Assembly: GCA_964450115.1 (NCBI GenBank)
Contig: CAYVCD010000003.1
Span: forward strand, 1 to 44,257
DNA from: an uncultured Planctomycetia bacterium
GTDB lineage: Bacteria; Omnitrophota; Gorgyraeia; 2-01-FULL-45-10
DNA: 44,257 bases
Direction: 5' to 3'
Part shown: positions 31,601 to 37,552 of the stretch, piece after piece
How positions within the stretch are numbered: position 1 is the stretch's first letter
How the letters are laid out: each line of letters opens with the position of its first letter
The notes under the pieces: model-generated
Told to the model about the DNA's origin: nothing
The model's database searches: none
The model's input: the letters and a program-made list of their open reading frames with translations, nothing else
Program-made: the position numbers and the translations under genes

Positions 31601-31850
31601 CGCGCGAATGACCATCGCTCGGTTGACGGTATGGTGCGCGGAAGCGGAGGCAGGAAAAACGGGAGCGCAAGGGGAAGCGTTGAAGGCTTTGACCGATTTT
31701 ATCAGTGCGATTTCCGATGGACCTGTCCCGCCAGCAAATAGCCTTAGTGATCTTTTAGGAAAAATTAAGCTATTGATGATAAGACCGGTCGATTACAAAG
31801 ATCTTGATGATTGGCGCAATAGCTATGAAGCTGTTGCCAAGTCTCTATAA
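19632..31850 (+). CDS. Giant (4072 aa) exported, membrane-associated multi-enzyme protein
   Basis: Uninterrupted 12.2 kb ORF with a signal-like N-terminus. Motifs for a TIKI/EreA-like domain, CPBP protease, two GHKL ATPases, HExxH, a kinase and two class I methyltransferases, separated by Pro/Ala linkers. Confidence 0.93.
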   Translation: MIASFRQHIVCKVIALMVSFTFIWQSVGPVAEAEDAYAATLSSDSRSIDIPSIKLPASIGEVIDSSKGNIGKTIIHIRDAHCDYSAQNSISGLVGYFRDKHGIKLVALEGGVGDYDLSVFTDIKDASLREKTADYFVKQGEVNGAEFYAINNPAKVMLYGVEDPELYQENLSAYMESLKFKDDAQRLLKILSATLPKLKSKIYPANFKQFDEKVKLFKEDKISFEEYAAAIADFAKKESIDLSEYPNISRFYDVMDHESGINMKEAEHQRNILIDLLNKKLSKKYIEELVAKTVEFNDNVMPATEYYAFLLDKAKLCGIDMEKMPDLVSYAQCADKTKTVNKKALEKEFKLLDQKMCSTFLKTEEARELCSLDRRLFVLERMFSTTLVKDDWDYYSANREMFDTKNFPLDAGKGLGKLDDYRKDMEKFYDISLKRDDIFIDKIAARLKKEKQNNVVLVTGGFHQDNLRKLFEDKGYSYVEVLPRIEKTDGENPYFRLLSGGADPIARAIRESQSNLQIATFLDPSGLNPSASSIKRAVRVVEKLLRNQEAQEGDIRFSLLPFDGAELLKVKGEDGKLEQVKVDGRPVYVSRGYAKPAAPKPVASTPTAPKPAAPTPTTPAPTAPVAETVNPQEQAINILSGNVSEDVGYLSYNTGMNNTYAAQSVQMPDSMRRREGLRNNEMLVSRFKSIANNELDRAIREGYEGRPVMYATYPYGEDKEIVSLVLTVPYYDGGRACVATYVIAMSMAQFDQIKNTLASNPEIIYEALLNRAKADNRSTQLYNAIIGEKKSGGMLEAPTFIHLNSFNNDSTEIVPIDGDIYSLLWKTNPEKFQAERELHLELAKRIVAAISGAAVDAGQVVISTPEVAQPPTGPAAPAALEAPGQGMGKGVIRFVADVIFGLMKLMGINITPARRTFVEDIVVPIIEEGLMGLTLLFGSPAIYAGIRIIFALLHIPQDRAPPLGVERNLYQKTAIPAIISAISLAALCMLGPILGPVGVIGVSILAHSLANTFVSITGSSLQKANIGSDLVTAGDIVTGDGWRPLSYTVAFMRELLNSQTVHDNAYYSKFTDDSIFRGEAEKTYGARSMVPARVDTYIYNQAMKKEQALVELIANGQDATANDKTIGRFGVGAYQMFQELRGPEDSIVITTSTDGKEAIQLTFRLVNGVLSYKVGTVTEGVQQGTRIEVNRPLSDTEARSRIDYIRSKLRANSRGAIKVNGEIINNVERYFYINGVDRLALPEIAPVEVSVGEKGYVVTDRGRGMSAQVLFEKFLVPKSTTKALEGKPVEKPDEIRYETKIFYSDPSEEETDGVISIQVSGVANVDIPIHGMSIPKEMIIELPHDVWLPESRDRVALDELTINGLIQVMNKLVDPERDIKDRYSLLNGMAILMESLLKDSRDKSLLYEFRRICAKLVKAEQARGNIILPNRKLFRSIVLPAEYKDKVIYLDENLFEFVPSNLPNAYLANKFISDTHALYVADLDTVGDNDVYIEGKYPNGNGWIILDRKTYERHKDDPWLVDLLFNFNISYGDTGNAFGHFREEEREGIGYKDKVATTIASYNKIDEDTVQRLKAEIFDENTKKLLEMFDEKDRRIIIGEIEEGIRNGSISESDTEKIKKELREWLNYLLKVKNMISGDSEAVLTGDWVRQKLFSTPLLVFDEAADRYRGDMIRRFVGGKLYFWYDEMWEDGRKIYELGPGGEAIVAYDNAEFVFLNGQTYLLRKAGDSETFRLEIVEEGQPRALLDDVIGIDEKCNEGFITVLAKRGNDVAIYSLQGREVKELCCINKDVVLHKKSGGQDITLGSSIPYDKQSKLLHFHRASYPVKVFVRGERIFITINGFYGSGLYEVTQGSNIVLIKDSSFETIRDIKILSSGNVVVYSKMLLPSIIGKKLDTIYRVQVFDKNWNSIALRSATDSTYLWERNDHIYFDVKTGDGSLMYRISPTGSIEILTKDGFQAEGTGIIVSKINFIGDYAYMYRAISGESYERLIRLSLISGKVEEVGETLRSLTRYFRSADPNIGDGAYYITGFSRAGLGPAGSITEFHPNTLVLVDKGGAMRKIDFEGILYDVYSDGESVYTVETVEQEGMEQYYRKVRIWRIGFDGSKEVVFSAEGVLSEDRPDFVHRQDMFSIGLNDECVTFDTKTGKAGKIIPPQRLKGSSGRMIFAGNDFYLVDNDGRTIRMFPSVGTSLANNEKLRRNIELLNTGINKEIIDKYAMSLDRYKIMSLLLSLQNNDNWMPGMIFLHNSHWKMPGIEKLKDLFNSIMLESKDVSEIDEAFNFIDYTLASFKNTEMAIRIIERWGRIFLKNDELAKIIMKAIYKDVDIQSDGEQSYSYKPYEVYNKNPDKIGQLPDIVRLYLDFLTKDELSAPGIIEEEIFRGEPYSAMISGRDLSTLIRLRLAFPDEVSDRSLRWDDVVRLLYSLKDPEFEGIKREVSGAVNGQDKVHCYWIRELAQNARDAVREVAGIKAKSGFLGHGFYTLFAGKCDEVRIRTGNGQATYELVLKPRYDAKGDLIDIQISRMKKYDSAYKGTCIQRVNFYKSAADEDAVLGCMYVTSQAMRFLGAIPSEGENGVTIELNGSVINEDGYRREDANRVIKITNGMSKEANDAGFYEWIAGVEDPVGMDLYTVINKLFPPDVSGKPAQSSPVAGEIEKGLNSGFSNGNIPRVTVDDLYVDEVDNKYTSLIPPSVLEILSAHGWNIRFPQGTPVTRTRNGVMYAESYAPWIAALALKALVKLYLTGEGVDIKGLGLPKDYIYSDRNGLHVLQDTLEDAERINSGRPESVDYAKYKDNPHMLAQLLTLIKVDFGGEATSISGIKSEVLGEYSKGRPEQVSLEGILPAGMESQRASAEAFIKGRISSIRVALTDQMLSEAVIRAYMDFLKKLGMLMNVSKNINRFECVFRAPSDATAGGNVINWNLAYYHANIGPFVKFMLEGASGKIMSDVVQTFGHETGHTVEDEFAPEHGNMWTHQAEQDIRGSLGWIMKLLFTRMVKNSEPMKDFRDTIFRETGISQAELKASYERLVGNIEEMREKVDGSKEAPVLSPQAAPPAPAAPEVAQPRAPPQPAAYQPHREGRTSMGMLAAIVAVVIFVGYPRGIDLMGLLGPIAIIPAVGIAILALVLRSKHRSTEYKKLSSGFFSTIFIDTGKNNVVKLRTKTQKEAWDRMQAVEGLRPNSRKKQAEIALSINRDGEQFAARSTYIGKFNGTLENDSDIVREDALLQEVLYLFSTEIGTLAFSPDKNREKINENFKKFLARQREMWERRHFDSDPTFGNYGFTRDGRNELVVSDLDYLISLKDSPSDIDKRFNMFLIKLLKENIRELRDMENNKKLPDNSLVDIFIKAVYDSGIFGDISSGSRLIENYLTGQVNAQEALVSALKNSVMSTSAEPIRRYLEERGNSEEAIDRFLRMLRDNKKLFLEVGCGNAEVARELAERNKDTNVLAIDLYDGSTGLYKGTAEAFNRKRLKAQNTRKYKNLAVIRADAGILEHLPEEMRFNHVLFNNPVNQVIPEVAKYAKRLNAEGEIAIKYLVSESTPGSFYFPADQNGMTANVVAGEPVFLKVNLSGRQSKWTKESKGPLIIYTKKEGVGLTAAPARSPKQGPGLSVGRAEGPAALPAQDAEIGAPLNEALHAYVAGRDISGMRIADMGCGTGGGAIKWAQEGAIVDAIEISEEALKPARQNFNSSGLDQTARARIRPVVSDLFASLQGERYDIIAFAPPLLNQKMPGIADATSKRIAQDKDFDIIRRFMKESAGHLEAGGRIVLVYGYDEEPLDPGRGNQSTLKKINEDLGNIWEIKIVDQRAEPPFAIYELTLNAPAVAPIPVRVSTRTIDTVEVRAEAICAALKSEMDSTSRDPVSVIGLPWWLHEELEKKNINSDAYLATLEIEVSRMLGRKGFGDPTNMRKVKLFFISKDAAETKKNLQAVLKDRLFRNLETEQRIVIFVPQIEGVKVEIDEDLLKDLGDKCIQLPDAYSDIGGARRLPDIDARMTIARLTVWCAEAEAGKTGAQGEALKALTDFISAISDGPVPPANSLSDLLGKIKLLMIRPVDYKDLDDWRNSYEAVAKSL
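21423..21482 (+). repeat. Imperfect 30-bp tandem duplication encoding a Pro/Ala/Thr linker
   Basis: APKPVASTPT / APKPAAPTPT (GCGCCCAAGCCAGTGGCTTCTACGCCTACT vs GCGCCCAAACCAGCGGCGCCTACGCCCACC). Confidence 0.75.
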
Positions 31851-31900
31851 AAAAGAGTTTATCCGCGTGGACGGGTCTCTAGCGCGTCCCGCCGCGCGAT

Positions 31901-31946
31901 ATAGCCGCAGGGGAAAGGGAAACCTACCCTGCGGCTATTCATTTTT
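31901..31946 (+). terminator. Intrinsic terminator-like hairpin after the giant gene
   Basis: 12-bp stem ATAGCCGCAGGG / CCCTGCGGCTAT capped by AGG-GAAA-CCT and followed by TCATTTTT. Confidence 0.7.
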
Positions 31947-31957
31947 GCATAATATTA

Positions 31958-31966
31958 TGATATACT
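31958..31966 (+). promoter_or_regulatory. Extended -10 element (TGnTATACT) upstream of the AmmeMemoRadiSam gene
   Basis: TGATATACT lies just after the terminator and 6-12 nt before the ATGs at 31973/31979, with no SD visible (possibly leaderless). Confidence 0.4.
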
Positions 31967-31978
31967 CTCTCTATGTGT

Positions 31979-33448
31979 ATGAAGAAGGTCTTCACGCTAT
32001 TAATGTTGCTCCTCGCCGCATCTACGGTCACGGTAGCGGTTGCCGGTGAAGTTAAAGAAGCGGATCTTGCCGGAAGCTGGTATCCTGCCGGTAAAGCTCA
32101 ATTAGAAGGTCAGTTGAAGTCCTATCTCGATGCAGCCAACCCCACTAAGACGGACGGGCGAACACTCGCTATCATTGTTCCTCACGCGGGCTATACTTAT
32201 TCCGGGCCTGTAGCGGCTTACGGATATAAGGGCGTGGAAAATAAGGGCATAAAGACAGTGATTATACTGGGTTTCAGCCACAGACAATATTTTGACGGAG
32301 TATCTGTATACGGCGGAGATTCGTGGAAGACTCCTTTAGGCGAGATAGCCGTGGATACGGCGATGGCAAGGAAGATAATCTCGTCCAATCCAAGGTTCAG
32401 GTTCCAGAAAGAATTGTTTGACGGGGAAAATTCCGTAGAGATGCAGATACCGTTCATACAAATGACATTTAAGGATGCGAAGATCGTGCCGATAGCTTTT
32501 GGAAATCAGAACTACAGCGATGCACAGGCGCTGGCGACGGTCTTGGCGGAGATTGTTTCGTCGCCTTCGGCTCCTCGCAATGACGTGTTAATAGTCGCCT
32601 CGACAGATCTTTCTCACTATCATCCCTATCAGGACGCCAATTCCATAGATAAGCACACCATAGACACCCTGGACAGATTGAAGGCGAAAGAGCTTTATGA
32701 TGAGGCCAGGATGGAGATATGCGAGCTCTGCGGGCTCATGCCCGTCACGACGACGTTACTTGTGGCGCAAAATCTGGGTTATGATAAAATAAAGACGTTG
32801 AAATATGCCAATTCGGGTGATATAACTGGTGATAAGAGCCGCGTAGTCGGGTACGTAAGCGCGGTCCTATATAAAGAAGAGAATATGCTTAGTGCGGCGC
32901 AAAGAAAAAGATTGCTCGAGATAGCGCGGGAGTCTATTACAAGTTACGTCAAGGACGGGAAGCGCAAGACATTCACCGAGAGCGACCCGGTACTTAATCA
33001 GCCTATGGGCGCATTCGTTACTCTGCATGAGACGGGCGAACTGCGCGGATGCATCGGCAACATGGTAGGCCAGGGCCCGCTGTATAAGACCATAGCCAAT
33101 ATGGCTATAGAGGCAGCGACTGGGGATCCGCGCTTTCCAAAGCTTTCTTCAGGCGAGATCGATAAGATAAACCTGGAGATATCGGTCTTATCGCCGTTAA
33201 AGAAAGTGAAGAGCGCTGATGAGATAAAGATCCCCGGCGAAGGCGTTATAGTGAAGAGCGGGTTCAATAGCGGCGTATATCTGCCGCAGGTGGCGACAGA
33301 GACGGGCTGGAACAAAGAAGAATTTTTAACGAGCCTGTGCGGGCAAAAAGCTGGATTGAGGCCGGACGCATGGAAGGATCCGGCAACGGAACTTTATACA
33401 TTTACTGCCGAGGTCTTCGGCGAGGGAGGGGAAGCGAATGCTAAATAA
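31979..33448 (+). CDS. AmmeMemoRadiSam system protein B (MEMO1-like) fused to protein A (AMMECR1-like), with N-terminal signal peptide
   Basis: AGSWYP, VPHAGYTYSG, SH, STDLSHY, ELCG, YANSGD, VVGY (MEMO); GAFVTL, LRGCIG, DPRF, LEISVLS, YLPQVA, KAGL (AMMECR1). Confidence 0.92.
   Translation: MKKVFTLLMLLLAASTVTVAVAGEVKEADLAGSWYPAGKAQLEGQLKSYLDAANPTKTDGRTLAIIVPHAGYTYSGPVAAYGYKGVENKGIKTVIILGFSHRQYFDGVSVYGGDSWKTPLGEIAVDTAMARKIISSNPRFRFQKELFDGENSVEMQIPFIQMTFKDAKIVPIAFGNQNYSDAQALATVLAEIVSSPSAPRNDVLIVASTDLSHYHPYQDANSIDKHTIDTLDRLKAKELYDEARMEICELCGLMPVTTTLLVAQNLGYDKIKTLKYANSGDITGDKSRVVGYVSAVLYKEENMLSAAQRKRLLEIARESITSYVKDGKRKTFTESDPVLNQPMGAFVTLHETGELRGCIGNMVGQGPLYKTIANMAIEAATGDPRFPKLSSGEIDKINLEISVLSPLKKVKSADEIKIPGEGVIVKSGFNSGVYLPQVATETGWNKEEFLTSLCGQKAGLRPDAWKDPATELYTFTAEVFGEGGEANAK
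32549..32584. repeat. Half of an RPE-like palindromic element (GAGATTGxTTCGTCGC...CTCCTCGCAATGAC), in-frame in the MEMO domain
   Basis: GAGATTGTTTCGTCGCCTTCGGCTCCTCGCAATGAC encodes EIVSSPSAPRND and resembles the right arm of the GTCATTGCGAG...CTCGCAATGAC repeat type (recognised from memory). Confidence 0.65.
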
Positions 33449-34376
33449 AAAGTTGATCATGGCTGTGGTTGTCATCATCGCACTTATAGGATCCATAATA
33501 GTAATAAAAGGCGTTCTTTCATCCAAGAAAGGTAAAAAGACGGCGCCCGCAGCTTCGACCAAAGGCCTTCCGGGTAAGAAGGTTATCGCGAAGAAGGCTA
33601 TCTCAAAGGGCAAAGGCGGCCTTACCGTAAAGATATTTAATTACAAGAATGCCGAGATCCCGATGAGAGCTAAAATATTCAGGGCGGTTAACGCGGATTC
33701 GAGCGTATACGCGTCATCGACGGTGGGCGGCAGGATGACGGAGCTTATACCGGGGACCTATGATATCGAAGTGGACACGGTACCTCAAAAGATATTCAAA
33801 AATGTGAAAGTGAACGAAGGCAAAGAGACCATAAAGGACCTGGGCTGTGTAACGGGTGCCCTTATCGTGAAGACGATCAACTCAAAGAAGGCGCCGGCAT
33901 ATTTTCCTCTAAGGGTACTTTACGGTAAGACCAATGACATGGTCACCGCTTTCATGACGAATAAATCTCTCGAGATAATACCGGGCACATACGATATAGA
34001 GATAGGGACTTCTCCCAGACAGTATAAGAAGGACGTCAGGGTGGAGGGCGGGAAGGAGTCGATAGTCGACTTAGGATGCCTGACCGGGACACTGATCGTA
34101 AAGACCACTGATGAAAACAAAAAAGATGTGCGTTGTAACGTGAAGATCCTGAAGGCCGATACGAACGAGATAGTGAGCTCGTCCAATTCCAATAAGCCGG
34201 TAGAGCTTGGCAAGGGCAAATACAATATAGAAGTGATGTCGTCCCCCAGGCAGAGCAAAAAAGATATCGCGGTGAATACGGCCGAAGAGGGGATCGTCGA
34301 GTTTACGGTGGCGGCGCCGATCATTCCCCAGAAGGCGATGAAGACGGTGCCTGTCCCGGCCAAAGCAAAGCAGTAG
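33438..34376 (+). CDS. Membrane-anchored protein with three tandem ~77-aa beta-sandwich (PEGA-like) repeats
   Basis: N-terminal TM helix; three repeats of GxLxVK...ExxPGxYDIE...xKxVxVxxGKExxxDLGCxTG (third copy more diverged). Confidence 0.8.
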   Translation: MLNKKLIMAVVVIIALIGSIIVIKGVLSSKKGKKTAPAASTKGLPGKKVIAKKAISKGKGGLTVKIFNYKNAEIPMRAKIFRAVNADSSVYASSTVGGRMTELIPGTYDIEVDTVPQKIFKNVKVNEGKETIKDLGCVTGALIVKTINSKKAPAYFPLRVLYGKTNDMVTAFMTNKSLEIIPGTYDIEIGTSPRQYKKDVRVEGGKESIVDLGCLTGTLIVKTTDENKKDVRCNVKILKADTNEIVSSSNSNKPVELGKGKYNIEVMSSPRQSKKDIAVNTAEEGIVEFTVAAPIIPQKAMKTVPVPAKAKQ

Positions 34377-34385
34377 TAAAGAAAA

Positions 34386-35129
34386 ATGTCCCGATTTTAC
34401 GTTCCTCGGGGATCGGTAAAAGGCGATCGTATTTTAGTTGCCGGAAAAGAGGCGCATCACATTCTCGACGTGATGCGCCTTAATGTTTCCGATGAAGTCG
34501 TGATATTTGACGGTACCGGAAGAGAATATACCGGCATAGTCAAGGCGGCTGATCGTAAATCGTTAGAGATAGAGATAAAGAGCACACGTGAATCCCAGTC
34601 CGGAAAATCTCCGATACTAACTCTGATACAGGCAATAACCAAAAAAGATAAGATGGACTACATTGCCGAGAAGGCGACGGAACTCGGTGTTTCACGGATA
34701 ATCCCCGTTACCACTATGCGTACCATCCCCGACTGGGATGATGCGAAGAAGGCAGGCGTGGTCGAACGGTGGCGTAAGATAGCGCAGGAGGCGGCAAAGC
34801 AATGCGGCCGGGCGGATATTCCCGAGGTCAGCTCGATCGTATCGCTAGAGGAAGCAATTCAAAATTGCAGTAGGGCACCTTTAAAGGTGCACTACTGTCT
34901 CATGGCCGCATTAAGCGATAAAGCCATAAGGCTCAAAGACGCTCTGAAGGGCAATAGCAGCAAAAATGTAACGATCGCCATAGGCCCCGAGGGAGACTTT
35001 ACCCCTGGAGAGGCCGAAGATGCCTTAAGGGCAGGCTTCAAAATAGTCAGTCTGGGCCAGAGGGTTTTGAAGAGCGATACGGCGGGATTGGCGGCGCTAT
35101 CGATGATAAATTATGAATATGAAAGCTGA
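34386..35129 (+). CDS. rsmE: 16S rRNA m3U1498 methyltransferase
   Basis: HHILDVMRL, KATELGV, EAAKQCGR, IGPEGDF, LGQRVLKSDTA. Confidence 0.95.
   Translation: MSRFYVPRGSVKGDRILVAGKEAHHILDVMRLNVSDEVVIFDGTGREYTGIVKAADRKSLEIEIKSTRESQSGKSPILTLIQAITKKDKMDYIAEKATELGVSRIIPVTTMRTIPDWDDAKKAGVVERWRKIAQEAAKQCGRADIPEVSSIVSLEEAIQNCSRAPLKVHYCLMAALSDKAIRLKDALKGNSSKNVTIAIGPEGDFTPGEAEDALRAGFKIVSLGQRVLKSDTAGLAALSMINYEYES
34868..34897. repeat. GTAG-type REP palindrome in-frame within rsmE
   Basis: CAGTAGGGCACCTTT-AAAGGTGCACTACTG (30-bp palindrome, one mismatch); same type as the intergenic copy at 38836-38861. Confidence 0.8.
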
Positions 35130-36438
35130 TACAAGCCGCAGATTCTTCATTAAGACGCTGGGATGCAAGGTCAACCAGTATGAGTCGCAGGCAATAAGAG
35201 AGCTCTTGCTTGCCGCGGGGTTCAAAGAGTGTCTTGGTAAAGAGACCGCGGATATATATATACTGAACACTTGCACGGTCACGCACAAGGCTGACAGCGA
35301 ATCGCGCCACTGGGCGGGGATGTTCCACAAGACGAACCCTAGCGCAAAGATAATCCTGACCGGATGCGCAGTAGAAAATAACGCCAATGCTTTTTCGTTC
35401 CTGCCCGGGGTATCTAATATAATCAAGAATGACGATAAGATAAAGATAGTAGATATACTTATGAACCGCAAGCGGGAAGCCTCAGATAATGAACCCCATC
35501 GCTTCCTCAAAATCACCGACTTCAAGGACCACACGAAGGCCTTCGTTAAGATACAGGACGGATGCGCCAATGCCTGCTCCTACTGTAAAGTGCCCTCCGT
35601 GAGGGGCGAATCGATATCGAAGCCTTTGAGCGATATAGTAGAAGAGGTGAAGACGCTCATCTCGAAAGGGTTTGAAGAGATAGTGCTCACAGGGATATGC
35701 CTAGGCGCATGGGGCAGCGAGTTGGCCCAGAAAAAGAGTATTGTCGACGCCCTGAAGGCCCTATGCGGGATACCGGGTATTTTCAGGATCAGGCTGAGCT
35801 CGATCGAGCCAAAGTATGTAACGGATGAACTGATAGACTATATCTCTCAGAATGGGAAGATATGCAGGCACCTGCATATACCTATACAGTCCGGAGATGA
35901 TGAAATATTGGGCAGGATGAACAGGCCTTATACGGCCGAGGACATTAGAGGCCTTATAATTAAGGTAAGAAAAAAGATAGATGGTGTGGGCATAACCACC
36001 GATGTGCTGATAGGCTTCCCGGGGGAGACCGATAAGAACTTCAGGAATACGGTAAACCTTATCAAAGAGCTCCTCCCTGTAAAGACGCACATCTTTCCCT
36101 TCAGTAAAAGAGATGGGACGGCCGCCTATGACATGACAGGGATCGTGCCGGAAGATGAAGTAAAAAAGAGATCCCAGAGCATGAAGATAGCCGCCATTAC
36201 GGCATCTTACCTATATAGGGAGGGTTTCCTCAAAAAAGTGGTGGGCGTCCTGGTAGAGTCTAAAAAGGAGAGGCATTCCGGTAAGCTTACGGGTTATTCC
36301 GATAACTATATAAAAGTGATATTTGACGGACCTGACAGCCTGATGAAAAAGATAGTTCCTGTCAGGATAGAGGAAGCGAGTTTATCATATACCATAGGTG
36401 CTTATCTGACCAATTTAGACAGCACAGGAAGCGAATAG
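35113..36438 (+). CDS. mtaB: tRNA t6A37 methylthiotransferase (radical SAM)
   Basis: TLGCKVNQYES, NTCTVT, TGC, KIQDGCANACSYC, RLSSIEP, HIPIQSG, GFPGET, C-terminal TRAM-like region. rsmE-mtaB synteny. Confidence 0.92.
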   Translation: MNMKADTSRRFFIKTLGCKVNQYESQAIRELLLAAGFKECLGKETADIYILNTCTVTHKADSESRHWAGMFHKTNPSAKIILTGCAVENNANAFSFLPGVSNIIKNDDKIKIVDILMNRKREASDNEPHRFLKITDFKDHTKAFVKIQDGCANACSYCKVPSVRGESISKPLSDIVEEVKTLISKGFEEIVLTGICLGAWGSELAQKKSIVDALKALCGIPGIFRIRLSSIEPKYVTDELIDYISQNGKICRHLHIPIQSGDDEILGRMNRPYTAEDIRGLIIKVRKKIDGVGITTDVLIGFPGETDKNFRNTVNLIKELLPVKTHIFPFSKRDGTAAYDMTGIVPEDEVKKRSQSMKIAAITASYLYREGFLKKVVGVLVESKKERHSGKLTGYSDNYIKVIFDGPDSLMKKIVPVRIEEASLSYTIGAYLTNLDSTGSE

Positions 36439-36469
36439 CTCTAACCTGGTTAGGTTTTTGACAAAAAAC

Positions 36470-36497
36470 TTGACAAAGTTATTTTTGCGGTTAGAAT
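36470..36497 (+). promoter_or_regulatory. sigma70-type promoter of the fabG operon
   Basis: TTGACA-16 bp-TAGAAT; a second TTGACAAA copy lies 12 bp upstream. Confidence 0.55.
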
Positions 36498-36523
36498 AGC
36501 ATAATTCAAATCGAAAGGTTGTT

Positions 36524-37264
36524 ATGATATTAAAAGATAAGATAGCGATCATCACTGGCGGTGCCAGAGGCATAGGTAAAGAGATAGCTTTAGTCTTTGC
36601 CAGGCAGGGGTGCGATTTAAGCCTGTGCGATGTCAACCCGGATGCCCTCGCCGCTACCCAGAAGGAGATAGAGGCGCTCGGCCGTAAGTGCATGACCGGG
36701 GTGATGGATGTGACAAAGACCGACCAGGTCGATTCTTTCGTCCAAAAAACCCTTGACAAATTTGGCAAAATCGATATACTTGTAAACAATGCTGGCATAA
36801 CAAAGGACACGCTTCTGGTCAGGATGTCGGAAGCAGACTGGGATGCGGTCCTGGGCGTTAATCTTAAGGGCGCTTTTCTGTGCGCCAAGGCCGTTTCGAA
36901 GGTCATGATGAAGCAGAGGGATGGCAGGATAGTAAACATGGCCTCGATCATCGGAATAGTGGGTAACGCGGGCCAGGCGAATTACGCCGCTTCAAAAGGC
37001 GGCCTGATAGCCCTGACAAAATCGATCGCTAAAGAGCTTGCATCAAGGAATGTAAGGGCAAACGCTATAGCGCCTGGTTTTATACAGACAGATATGACAG
37101 CAAAATTACCGGAAAATGTGAAGAGCGAGATGCTGAAACAGATCCCGATGTCAAAGCTCGGGACTGCTAATGATGTAGCGAATCTCGCTTTATTTTTGGT
37201 CAGTGACGATTCCGCCTATATAACCGGGCAGGTAATAACGGTTGACGGCGGGATGGTGATGTAA
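36524..37264 (+). CDS. fabG: 3-oxoacyl-ACP reductase
   Basis: TGGARGIG, NNAGITKD, YAASK, NAIAPGFI, ITGQVITVDGGM. Precedes acpP and fabF. Confidence 0.96.
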   Translation: MILKDKIAIITGGARGIGKEIALVFARQGCDLSLCDVNPDALAATQKEIEALGRKCMTGVMDVTKTDQVDSFVQKTLDKFGKIDILVNNAGITKDTLLVRMSEADWDAVLGVNLKGAFLCAKAVSKVMMKQRDGRIVNMASIIGIVGNAGQANYAASKGGLIALTKSIAKELASRNVRANAIAPGFIQTDMTAKLPENVKSEMLKQIPMSKLGTANDVANLALFLVSDDSAYITGQVITVDGGMVM

Positions 37265-37303
37265 GATAAGGAATAGTGTAGAAGCGCAAAACAGGGGGGT
37301 AAA

Positions 37304-37543
37304 ATGGCAGTATCTCAGGAAAAGGTCAGGCAGATCATCGCCGAGCAGCTTGGAGTGAAGAAGGAAGAAGTGACGGATAACGCGAAGTTCGTAGATGATC
37401 TAGGGGCAGACTCATTGGATACAGTTGAGCTCGTAATGGCGTTAGAAGAAGAGTTCGGCGTAGAGATACCGGACGAAGATGCCGAAAAGCTTGCGACTGT
37501 CGGAGATGCTCTGAGATATATCGAAGAGAAAGCCGGCAAGTAA
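37304..37543 (+). CDS. acpP: Acyl carrier protein
   Basis: [20 protein letters not shown]. Confidence 0.98.
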   Translation: MAVSQEKVRQIIAEQLGVKKEEVTDNAKFVDDLGADSLDTVELVMALEEEFGVEIPDEDAEKLATVGDALRYIEEKAGK

Positions 37544-37552
37544 AGTTCTATA

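Noticed and set aside
31901-31938. Group II intron domain V look-alike (AGC near the stem base, GAAA loop)
   Set aside because: Stem geometry lacks the 2-nt catalytic bulge, and there is no domain VI or RT gene. Better explained as a terminator.
19129-31950. tRNA-anchored genomic island carrying the giant gene
   Set aside because: No integrase or transposase, and I found no duplicated tRNA 3' end (att site) downstream. Adjacency alone is insufficient.
31804-32049. 81-aa plus-strand ORF bridging the giant gene and the next gene
   Set aside because: It overlaps both neighbours and runs through the terminator hairpins; likely spurious.
35113-36438. MtaB as the radical SAM partner of the AmmeMemoRadiSam system
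   Set aside because: It has the UPF0004 + radical SAM + TRAM methylthiotransferase layout and the usual rsmE-mtaB linkage, so it is a different family.
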